A stretch of 64,000 bases of DNA from Octopus sinensis (lineage: Eukaryota), in assembly GCF_006345805.1 (NCBI RefSeq), contig NC_042999.1, positions 128,030,001 through 128,094,000 on the forward strand, given 5' to 3'. Made by a program: the position numbers and the translations under genes. The stretch's first letter is position 1; every line of letters begins with the position of its first letter. The notes below the pieces were generated by a model. It saw nothing but the letters and a program-made list of their open reading frames with translations, was not told where the DNA came from and ran no database searches. Positions 25,601 to 36,956 of the stretch are shown here, in pieces.

Positions 25601-26833
25601 ACGATTAAGGATTGTGCGCGCGCGCTTAGAAGGTTTGCGCAGTGTATTTGCATTGAAGATTGTGAATACATATAAGCAAAAGCTTTATCTTTACAACTGT
25701 TTGAGATGATGAACAATTACTGGTGTATAACCATGTAAATTATGTGTAATAAAGTCTTACAATATCTTAGGTGTATGGAACGACACGATTTTTCTTTTTG
25801 AAATCAATAAGGCAAAATCATGTTGTTCTCACTAGATTCTGACGAATAGCATAGTATCGAACAGAGTTTATAAATATACACAGGCCTTCTAATAATATTG
25901 CTGTCCTCGTACTTCTTGAATAGCTGCAAATCAACCGCTGCCGTGGGGAAAAAATGACGAAATTCCGTAAGGAAAGGAACAAAAGACTGGAGTGGTGGAC
26001 ATAATATACATGTTGAAAAGAGAAGAGATGAATGAATCGGGAGTGTTTGAGTAGGGATGGCTCAAGACAAACCATCTCCGAGGGATAGAAGCTACAATAA
26101 CAGTGGTAGGTATGGCAGAAATACGAACAGCACGTTTGTGGGCTAGTGTTTGGTGTGTCTGTGAGCGACTTCCTGCCAATGCAGTGTAATATGTTTGTGT
26201 GTACCAGCAACATCTCCCAGAAAGAAATAAGTTTATAGTAGGATTAATTGCTTTTCTGATTGAAGATTTTAGTAAATCTGTCACTGTTTTCGTCCAGTCT
26301 CTTCATCGTTATATCTTTCCTTTCACTTCACACCCTGTTGTGCTTATTTGAGAGTTAAATACTCATGGTTATCAATTTTTAGTGGCGTGCAAAATAATAC
26401 TTTGACTCAAAATACAGCATGAACAATGGAGCATGTATAATCCAGTCTTTGTAGAAGAGTTAGTAGTTGTTGAGGTTGATGTATTTTCTGGCTGTGAAGA
26501 GGAAAGCTGGTCTTTTTGAAGAATTATTTCCTTTGTTGAGGATGTGCGTCGTCAGGAGAGACCCTTGGCGAGACCTTACATTTGAAGTGAAACTGAGGGT
26601 TCTAATTGGTTGTGCTGTTCATGTTTTCATGTTTAGATGATAGGGGAAGTGTGATATCGTGTTATCTTTAATATCATCTAAAAGAGCAAAATGCATTAAA
26701 CCTTTCCTTAAATTATGTTTTACATTTCCTCAGTAAACAGAACTAGATCAATAATTCCATAAGTTATATGTATTCACTTACATTTATTCGTTACGTTGAA
26801 ATCTGATGAAATCCTCAGAGGACCATTCTGTTC

Positions 26834-26882
<49 letters not shown>

Positions 26883-28686
26883 CAAGAAAGACATTGCGAT
26901 GCCGATGATGCCTTTGAGGCAGAAACACTCGTCCGTTGCTGTTCCTTGCCCCCATAAGACTATCGGATATGCTTTCTTATGTACCATGTTCATTGAGAAT
27001 CTATATCATAAGAAGCATGTTTTTCTATCACCCCGTTAGACATATGCTATCCTCGCATCAAAATGATTTTCAAGTATTTTATATGGAGTAACGAACTAAA
27101 GAAAAAAATGTGAATGTTTGTTTTACCTCGTACGTTGTTAAAAAAACATGAATATTTCACTCTCAAATACACTAGTAGGTTGTTTGAAAACCTAATTAAC
27201 TGCAGTATTCGTCATGAGATAGTATCTATTCTTAATGTACAGTGTTAAAAAGCACAAAAATATGGCAGTCGGAGACGAAAATCATCCATTAGTGGTGGTA
27301 GCATTGCTAAAAGCACATTTCTGTCTGTTGGGCTTCGTCAGCAGCAAGTATCTACTGGTAATTACATGCTAAGACAAAATCCGCCATTACTGATATAGTA
27401 AGACAGTGATTGAAAAATCACTGATGTCGCAGTTAGCCGACAGGTTGTATATAAATTCGTTTTGTGCAACACAAGCAGAATTATTTAAAAAAACAAAAGA
27501 GGCATAAATGCGAATTTAGCTCCTGGACGATTTCTTTCGTGTGTTTTTAACATTACGTCACGAGAAACATTATTTCAGATCGAATAACGTAGTTAATTAG
27601 GCTTTCAATTGATTAATTTGCTTTAAGTATAATACAGAGATTGCTAAATTAAGGAATTTTTTTATACCGATTCATACATGAATAATTGATTACATGGTTT
27701 AATTAATTATGGGGCGGACTTTAAGAATCGACATATTGAAAATGGACTTTTACTTGGAAATTGAATGTATAATGGTCATGTTTTCAATAAATAATTTAGT
27801 TTTCTAATACTGACATTTTGCTATACAGATATCTCCTGTTCATATGATTTTGAAAAGAATCTTAGTTCTGTAATGCTGTTGCTAACTCAAACCAACACTA
27901 GAATTGACTGCCCTTATTTTTTTTCCCTTTTTCAATGGGAATTCTGTAACATTATCATGATTGATACTATCTGTATGAAATTCGAAGATGCGATAAAAAT
28001 ATTAAGGAGTTTCCGTTTATTCTACAATAGAAAATAAAATTATTCAACGATGTAATCACTAATTAACAGAAGTGTTTAATTGAAAAGACTTTCACTTTCT
28101 ACTTGTCGATTCTTGAAGGTCGCTAATTATGATTATAATGATGTTTATACTAGCTATTATACAATAAATGGTCATTCACCAAACGTTATAAAATTTTTAT
28201 TTACTTTTATGCTGCTACTGATTTAAATAATTTATTACTCACTAATTTAGTTTATGATGTCATTAATTTTACAGTATTTCTAATTGGTTTTAATTAGTTT
28301 TTTCCTCTAACATTTTGATAACTAAAACAACTAGATATGGTGATCTTTGAAAATAGCATTCAACTTTCTCTTTGTCAAACTTATAGTTGTTGCTACTCTG
28401 GTGGCTGCAGAAATATTTACTCATGTTTCGTTTGTTTTTACTTTGTGTTGCGGCCAACTTTGCGTTCGGAGAAATATTTACGCCTGTAAGAATTGTTTTT
28501 GTTGTCGTCGTTTAAAATAAGGTGTAATTGCATCAGATTGTTTATAATTTAAATTAGTGACAAAAACAACACAGATTGTGAGCAATCTGATGCATTGACA
28601 TCCATCTTGAGCGACAAAGAAAATGAACACAAAATTCCAACAGTAATATATATATATGAACAACAAAAGAATTCAACAAGAAAATA

Positions 28687-28718
<32 letters not shown>

Positions 28719-28721
28719 TCG

Positions 28722-28776
<55 letters not shown>

Positions 28777-28959
28777 CTGTGTCAAGAAATATGACTGATG
28801 AAAAGTTTGACTGCAGTAGAACATTAAACAATCGTCTGCAAGTAAAATGATATTAGTATTTAAATTTATTTTATTAATTTGGTTCTGGAGGAAGAGATTG
28901 TGTCCATATGGGTCGTCTTGAACATTTGAAAGTCAACGGATGCAGGATAGTCATGTGTA

Positions 28960-29330
28960 GAGATGGAATTTGAGAAGGACGTTCTAGGAAGAAAGAATTG
29001 GAAAGAATAGTTTGTGCGGATCCTAGTGGAGAGACGAGTGAAGGCGAGAATACCCGAGAGGCGGTGACAGGAGACCATCCATTTCTGAGGAGTTGGGATC
29101 ATTTTAGTGTCAGTAGGAGAGGCAGAATGAGAGAGAAAGGAAGAGAGGAAACAATATGTCTATAGACCAAGGCTGGTTGGAGTATGTTTGTAAATGACTT
29201 CGAACCAATTAGTTGAATTAGCCTTTTTCGGGATGCGGTCGAAGATGCTTGTTAGAGCAGTACTTCATTGTATATCCCTTGGACTTTGCAGAGGGTGAAT
29301 TATTGTGGAAGGATGGAGATAAGGGCCAGT
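28960..29330 (-). mobile_element. CR1-like LINE 3' fragment (degraded)
   Basis: Broken frames read IFDRIPKK..QLIGSKSFTNILQP..YRHIVSSL and TRLSTRIRTNYSFQFFLPRT, resembling the LDRIQRxAxRLIG...LQPLxHRR...PRT C-terminus. Confidence 0.5.
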
Positions 29331-30355
29331 CTTTGAGATGCAGCCTTTGCCTGTTAAGGAATGGGATGTTCACCAGAAGAGTTGCTCAGTGGTTGAAGCA
29401 ATTGTAGCGATCGCGATGGTTTCATATACGTCTACTTTTTTCTTGATATGTGCAAATGTGTATGTATATGTTTTGCAGCCGAAGGAGATGAAATATGCAT
29501 GTCTCCATTAGGGTCTATTTTCCAACTTTATTCATGGAGTCATTTGAAGATATGGCATGAATGGTGCTGGAGTATGGAACGTGAAAATGGGCTGTTATGA
29601 AATATCGACCATAATCATGATAGTGAGTAAACGTACTCACTTCCCAAATAAACGCCAGTACCCAGCGTTTATATCCCAACCAGGATTCATACCACACTAC
29701 AACAGTTACCGCGCGCACGCGTTATTGCATTCAGATTTTGCTTTCAAATTCTAGAAACCGTACAGTGGGTTTTGGGTTCCAAAATAATTGAAAATTTTTC
29801 ATTTGAATAAATATATTTTCTTAACTAAAACAATTTCAAGATATTGAAATAAAGTAACATAGCAATATTTACGTGAAATGTATGTGTGTTACAGGAGGTG
29901 ACAAGTTCAAAAGAAGCGTTGTCTGGCTACTTAGAATTAAGACCTCAAAAGTGAAGTCAGTGTCCAGAGCCAAATGATTTTTTAATCCTCGACGTTTGAG
30001 ACGTTCGGGAGAGCTGCACCCGGAATATGAGGTGATGTAGAATGTTTACAAGTATTTTGGGCCGTCCAAATTGGTTTTAGAGGGAAAATACCCGTATTTT
30101 CTGTGTAGTGTGTAAGTGAGGTTGTGTATTTAACTAATTTTGATGATTGCCCATTTGCCTTTGTAGATTTCGTGTTGTAAATTGTATTACCGAATAAAAT
30201 AATCGGTTACTTGTGTAGGTATGCCAAAATAATTAGAAATATTACAAGTTTCTGCATTTAATAATGTGTGCTTGTAGTGCGATATAATCACCTTTTGGTT
30301 TGTAGCCAAATTTAAGATTATATATATATATGAAGTGATGCCAACTTAATGTAGT

Positions 30356-30662
30356 AGTCCCATGAAAGGGAAGAATGCTACTGCTATTTAGCCTTAGGAA
30401 ACACCGTTTCCAGTTAGCCATGACATTTTCTGTGTTCTTATGTTTTCAAAGGGGAGATAAGCACCTCCACCCAGCAAAGCCAGCAACCAGAGACTAGTTT
30501 CAGAGTCATTGCTCATCATCAGTCTGGAGTAGCATGGCATGTTAGCTGTCGATGCTTATCTCCCCTTTGAAAACATAACGATACAGAAAATGTGTCATGG
30601 CCAACTGGAAACGGTGTTTCCTAGGGCAAAATAGCAGTAGCATTCTTGCCTTTCATGGGACT
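30356..30662. mobile_element. Inverted-repeat element (arms about 108-110 bp) enclosing a hammerhead; Penelope pseudo-LTR or retrozyme-like
   Basis: Arms 30356-30463 and 30553-30662 are near reverse complements (AGTCCCATGAAAG...GGGGAGATAAGCA). The 89-bp spacer holds the HHR. (TA)n tracts lie nearby on both sides. Confidence 0.6.
30487..30527 (-). ncRNA. Minimal type-I hammerhead ribozyme motif
   Basis: The minus strand reads CCAGA-CUGAUGA-UGAGCAAUGACUCU-GAAAC-UA-GUC-UCUGG. Core boxes are intact. Stem I is CCAGA/UCUGG and can be extended through bulges (GCCA/UGGC). Stem II is GAG/CUC, stem III is the palindrome ACUAGU, and the cleavage triplet is GUC. Confidence 0.75.
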
Positions 30663-30765
30663 GCCGCATCACTTTATCGTGCTGCTACTGTATAATTTTC
30701 TAAGAGATTTAGAAATGCAATATTTATACATACATGCATGCATACATACATACATACATACATAC

Positions 30766-30814
<49 letters not shown>

Positions 30815-32989
30815 GTCTGTGCGTTAATACACTGAAACTGCTTAGAAAATTTCTGATAAAAATGTGTTAAATCGATCTATGGTCGGTATTTGTTACTGAT
30901 ACATAATGGTGAGACATATTTTTCTGTTTAATCTTGTCACTTCAACAGGTTGTTTCTGTGATTTCTGTAATTTATATCGACTAGATTTCACATACATGCA
31001 TATGTATGCAATCGTTCATATTAAGCATATATTCATATGTAATTGTGAATACTTATACAAACTATGTACATGTGCGCAACACATTCTAATTCTATTACTC
31101 CCATTCTATTTTATTCACACACTTCTCTCAAACATTCAACACAAATCTATTCCACATACGAAACATAACACTTTTATAGGAGATTCTGTCAATCACTATA
31201 ATAACGTTTCCACATCAAAGTGATAGATAATAAATATGGGCTTTTGTTGAAGATATTTCTCCACAAAATCATGTTTATTGATTTGGACATTAGTTGATAA
31301 CCAGTCTGAAGATTTACACTTATTTTATTCCCATTTAACATTTAGATTTGAAAATGTGTTTAAAGCGTGGGCATTTTTCTTTGTTCTTCGTCTCAGACAA
31401 GATTGTAGAGACAATTCAACTAGAAACAGTACTTCAGCATTATCTGTACACGCGTACAAACTGCATATACATATTTTCTAATGCACCTATTTCTAGACAC
31501 GTACATAAGGACATACGCATCTCTATAACTTTGTTAATTTTTATCCTTCAATTCATGTTGCCTTTTTTCTCTCTCATGTGTATATATATATTCATGATAT
31601 TGTGATCGAGTTAAATATTACCACATATAAAATTCATAATTATTAGACGTAACAAGAAACGATAAGCGAAGGAGTGGAAAATATACAATTGACTATTTTG
31701 TTCTGACATCTTATTTCCTTGGTTTTAACTATTTAAACCAGGCGTCGGCAAAGTGGTTGCCATTGATCCACCAGGGCTCTATATAACTATCCAAAGGGTC
31801 GATAAGCACTTGAAATGATTGACAGCGTTAGTGGTACTGAATTATTAGCGAACTGAATTTGGATGAGCGCAGTAATTTAAGGCTAAAACACTCACTAATT
31901 TCCAACCAAATATCGATGCAATAATATTCACCAAACACATATTTTACATTAAATATTTCGACTATATCGGTATAATACGACTGAATTTTTATTGATCTCT
32001 AACAATTTCGTTAAGTATTTTCATCAGATTTCTTAAAATATTTATTAAAGAGCAATAATGACACAAAAGAACGAAAGAATTTTTATTGATTATACTTTTT
32101 AATTTATTGTACAAATTCACGTGATGGGGGCGAATAAGTTATCAACGATTTCACGAAGAGGTCAGTGATTTAAATCATGGAAATCAATTGTCAACCCTTC
32201 TACCCACCTACAATGGAAGCATAAAATGAGGGAGGGAAGTCATACCAGCAGTATGTATTGACTAATGTGTAAATGGACTTGATAGATTACTGGGTGATAT
32301 CTTGGAGAAATCACATTATTGTTGGTGATACAGCATTCTAAAGCAGCTATATAACGTGTTTGCGACTAAGTGACGTGATGACGGATCCAATCCCGAATTG
32401 AAGTAGGTTCTCATGAATGGTTACGTAGACCACTCCTTACGAATGCCAGAGCTTCTTTCGACCACTAAATAAAAAGTATTTAGAAAAAAAAAACATGTTA
32501 TTTAAGCTGTATTTTTTTTTCAGTTGCTTACACTATTTACTTTATACATTCAAAGCTCACAAATTTTCTTATTCAAATTATGAATCATATTCTTTTTGTT
32601 AATATCAATATGATTACAAAACTTCTTTGTAGGCGATATTTTCTGTTTGGTTGACACTAATTCTGGAGTTCGTTGTTCTACTCATAGTGACGTATAACTG
32701 GCCGTGTGTAAAAATACACCTGGCCCTGTGCCTTGTTTGTTGTGAATGCGCGAGCGGTATCTTTAGGGTTGCAAAAATCGAACTAAGAATTTCCTCTCAC
32801 TGTTCTATGCAAATAATATCTGGATGTTCTGGTAGTATGAGTTATTTTGATTGACAAAACTGAGATGTAAACAACTGCCGTTTCGATTAGCTGTTTCGAA
32901 TCCTGCTCGAGGCTGATACACTTCAATAACCACTAAATAATTACACTATATTCTGACACACACTTTTCCCATTTTATTTTCGCTATTAA

Positions 32990-34361
32990 CCGTCCTCGCG
33001 ACCCCGTTCATATCTACGATGGAGCTACGAACTATACAATGAAAATTTCCAGAGTTACTCGTGGTCGGTGGATTTTTAATAAAAATGCAAAGGTGGTTTA
33101 TGGATTCAAAAATCTATATCCACGAAATGATCAAACTTTCTGATTTTTTTAATGCTAAAAACCTTCTTGACGACTGTCTTTGTTATCCCGAAAAATATCG
33201 TAACCATTGGTGGATCTTTTCCTTTTGAACGTCACTTTGTAACATAATTTCTAGGTAACTAAAATGTTTTAAACTTCGTATACTGGTAGAATGTCTTTAT
33301 AAAACATCATTTTCTCTTGGCTTTATTGAGAAAATCCTATAGGTTGTAAGATATTTCGTCTGAAATTTCTTGCATTTTGGCAATTTTAACCAATCAATTA
33401 CCTCCATTGGCGTAAATAACATTCTGTGCATAATATGTCCCTCCTTTAAGAAACAGATTGGGTTTATTTACATTTTTGTCAAGAAAAAAAGATACCCTTC
33501 CCCTAACCCTAACTCTAATCCTAAATCTGCAATAGATCGATACTAGGGCCATAATTATGGGTGACATTTTCATTTGACACCGCTAGAAAAAAATCCCATT
33601 TTCCATAGCGGTGTCGTATGAAATTGTCACCCATAATTATAACCCTAGTTTCGATCTATTGCATTTACATCTATTTTAGATTTAGGGTGGTTAGGGGAAG
33701 GGTATTTTTTTTTTCACAAAATGTAAATAAACCCAATCTGTTTCTTAATAGAGGGACATATTCATTATGCACAGAATGTTATTTTCGTCAATAGAGGTAA
33801 TTGATTGGTTAAAATTGCCGAAATGCAAGAAATTTCAGACGAAATATCTTACAAACTATAGAATTTTCTCAATAAAGCCAAGAGAAAATGATGTTTTATA
33901 AAGACATTCTACCAGTATACGAAGTTTAAAACTTTTTAGTTACCTAGAAATTATGTTACAAAGTGCCATTCAAAAGGAAAAGATCCCCATTGGTCCAACC
34001 GTCTGGCCGTGAAGAGGAAACAGACAGACAGACATAACGCCCATTATAGTAAGATAGCAAATCTGCCCATCTGTGATGGAAAATAGAGGGATAGTATCGA
34101 ACTATATAGTGAGGTGGTGTGGGGAAGAATCCAAAGTTGATCTTCGTCACCGGAATTTTAATAAAAAAAATCAGAGGTAATTTATTAATACAAAACTCAA
34201 TATCCACTAAATAATCATACTTTTTCACTATTTTCGTTAAAAAATTTCCTCATTACTTCCTTCGTAATCCCGACAAACATCGTGATCATTGGTCCAGCTG
34301 TTTGTGAAGAGGGAACAGACAGACAGACAGACAGACGGACATAACGCCCATTATAGTAAGA
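32990..34361 (-). mobile_element. Helitron-like host element with a tandemly duplicated 5' end
   Basis: Two A|TCTTACTATAATGGGCGTTATGTC(TGTC)n starts on the minus strand end at 34054 and 34361. The sequence is continuous across the MITE insertion. The 3' CTAG and hairpin were not clearly found, so the left boundary is uncertain. Confidence 0.5.
33212..33986. mobile_element. Fold-back MITE (775 bp, arms about 380 bp) with 8-bp TSD
   Basis: The left arm GGATCTTTTCC... and right arm ...GGAAAAGATCC are reverse complements along nearly their whole length. CCATTGGT occurs at 33204-33211 and 33987-33994. TTAGGG-like units lie inside the arms. Confidence 0.85.
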
Positions 34362-35192
34362 TTTCGATCAAAATGATATGGAAATAATCTTGCATTCTTT
34401 CGTTTTAACCCCAAAGAAAAGAATGCCAATAATCTATTGAATACCAATAGTCCTAGATAAATGCTAGTTTCTTCTACTTGTGGTCAGACTGTCTTTTCTG
34501 ACAGCACAGCTACCCTGTATGTTAAGACCATATTAATATGTTGGCCACAGTGTAAAGACTTAAAGAGTGTTTTAAAATGTTAATTATACTTTGAACTACT
34601 AATCCTTACTAGTCTCTACAGTTGGAGACATCAAAGTTTGAAGACTAGTGTTAAGAGGTAATTTCATCGTGAAAAATTAAATTACCAATGGCATTATTGC
34701 AGAATCAGAGTAGCCATTATAAACGAACACGTACATTTACATTCACTTTTATTATAATATAAGGTGGTAATCTGGCGGAATTGTTAGCACGCATTTCTGA
34801 GTTGAAGTTCCGTTGAGGTCGACTTTGCCTTTCACTTTTTTTTTGTCTGGGGAAGTGGTGGTGGTGGGGCAATAAAATAAGTACTAGTTGTGTATAGGGC
34901 CGATGTTATCGACTTATGCCCTCCCCGCAAAATTTCGGGCCTTGTGCTTGTAATAGAAAAGTTTGTTGTTGTTGTAATTAGATATCAAAGTCCTTCATTG
35001 TACATTTACAACCTGATACCTGTCAGTACTAAAGACCAAGTTGTAAATATTTATGACAAATGATTGATGTCTTAAAATTATATTATTTTGACATCAGTCA
35101 AAATAAAATATTTTTAAAATACACATATTTCTTGTAATGGTTACAATAACTAACAGTACTACAAAGTGTTTTAGCTCCCCCTAATACATGAC

Positions 35193-35650
35193 CATCATCA
35201 TCATCATTATCATTTAACGTCTGTTGTCCATAGTGGCATGGGTTGGACGGTTTGACTGGGCTGGCATGCTGGAAAGCTGCACCAGACTCCAGTCTGACTT
35301 GGCATGGTTTTCTAATGTCAACCACTCTGAGAGTGTAATGGGTGCTTTTATGTGTCACCGGCACAGGTGTCACTTGTGTGACACTGGGGTGCATTTACAT
35401 GTCACTGGCACAGGTGCTAATTTGCATGACACTGGTATCTGTCACGGCTGCGATTTTGCTTGGCTTGTTGGGTCTTCTTCTCAAGCATGGCAATGCCAAA
35501 GGCCTTGGTCATTGCCTCTGTGAGGCCCAGCACTTGATGGGAACTCAGCTACTTTGCCTCCATGAGGCCCAACACTTGAAAGGAATTCAGCTACTTTGCC
35601 TCCGTGAGGCCCCTCAATGCAAATCACTAGGCAAACAAATTCAACTCAAA
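35193..35650 (+). mobile_element. Family-C repeat ((CAT)n-CGTTTAACGTC...GGATGCCCTTCC type), long form
   Basis: Homologous to copies at 36710-36899 (-), 54790-54935 (+), 55034-55200 (-), 58033-58470 (+), 59095-59235 (-), 62977-63365 (+) and 63775-63875 (-). Class is uncertain, possibly RTE-related. Confidence 0.7.
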
Positions 35651-35666
35651 AAGTTTCTTTGACATA

Positions 35667-36066
35667 TAGGCACAGGAGTGGCTGTGTGGTAGGTAGCTTG
35701 CTTACCAACTACATGGTCCTGGGTTCAGTCCCACTGTGTGGCACCTTGGACAAGTGTCTTCTACTCTAGCCTTGGGCTGATCAAAGCCTTGTGAGTAGAT
35801 TTGGTAGATGGAAACTGGAAGAAGCTCATCGTATATATATATATATGTATGTGTGTGTATATGTTTGTGTGTCTGTGTTTGTACCCCCCAGAATTACTTG
35901 ACAATCGATGCTGGTGTGTTTACATCCCCATAACTTAGCAGTTCGGCAAAAGAGACCAATAGACTAAATACTTGACTTACAAAGAATAAGCTCTGGGGTC
36001 GATTTGCTTGACTAAAGGTTGTGCTCCAGCATGGCTGCAGTCAAATGACTGAAACAAGTAAAAGAA
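35667..36066 (+). mobile_element. Family-B SINE, full length
   Basis: GCACAGGAGTGGCTGTGTGG...GGTTCAGTCCCACTGTGTGGCACCTTGGACAAGTG...(TA/GT)n...CAAATGACTGAAACAAGTAAAAGA. Other copies are at 39890-40020, 45925-46050 (-), 53285-53682, 56590-57125, 60950-61540 (-) and 61845-62155 (-). Confidence 0.8.
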
Positions 36067-36709
36067 TATTGAAAAGAAATGAATATATTTTAGCTTATTC
36101 ATTGGTAGCTGTTTGTTTTATGTATTTATGAATGTTGTTTTACTTTGATTAATAAACAAGCAGGTTATAGTATATTTCAGTGCAATAAAGTCCCAGATAA
36201 TATATTATGGTGAAAATCTTATGTAGTTTGTAGACAAAATCTTCTATGGCTGTTCAAAATGTAAATACAACAAGCAAGAAATGTTACTCTAATTAGATTG
36301 GGTAATCAACCATATTTGTAAGCAGAATGCCTCTCTGACATATTTTCCCTTGTCAAGGCAGTTATACAGATAAACAAATTAGATACATTAAATATAATAA
36401 CTTGGGTGTGAAATACAAAATATGTACATATAAATGAGAGAGAAAAATTTGGAGACTTTCAGATGATGAATTTTTAAGTATGAATATATATTTATATTAA
36501 TAGATCCAACTTACACAGAGCACAAATGACAGAGACAATTAAAAGGATGGAAGAAAGGTTTTATAAGTCCAACAGCTATTTCTGGGGGTTTGAAGATCCA
36601 TAATGATGTTAGTAGATGTGGTTACAATCAACATTGGATAAGATGAGCCTCCATCATTAGGGTTAGAGAAGAACTTACATTTCAGATCTTAATGCAAATA
36701 TATATATTG

Positions 36710-36897
36710 CAGGTGGCATGTAAAAAGCACCCACTACACTCACGGAGTGGTTGGCGTTAGGAAGGGCATCCAGCTGTAGAAACATTGCCAGATAAGACTG
36801 GAGCCTGGTGCAGCCTTCTGGCTTCCCAGATCCCCGGTCGAACCGTCCAACCCATGCTAGCATGGAGAACGGACGTTAAACGATGATGATGATGATG

Positions 36898-36899
<2 letters not shown>
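36710..36899 (-). mobile_element. Family-C repeat, young copy
   Basis: Nearly identical to 55034-55200 and CpG-intact. Confidence 0.75.

Positions 36900-36956
<57 letters not shown>

Noticed and set aside
26795-26835. Minus-strand CCU-CUGAGGA-UUUCAUCAGAUUUCAAC-GUA-ACG beside (TA)n as a hammerhead
   Set aside because: The GAAA box is absent and stems I and II do not pair; too many changes are required.
31739-32200. hAT-like MITE starting CAGGCGTCGGCAAA
   Set aside because: The right TIR is too degraded and no TSD was identified.
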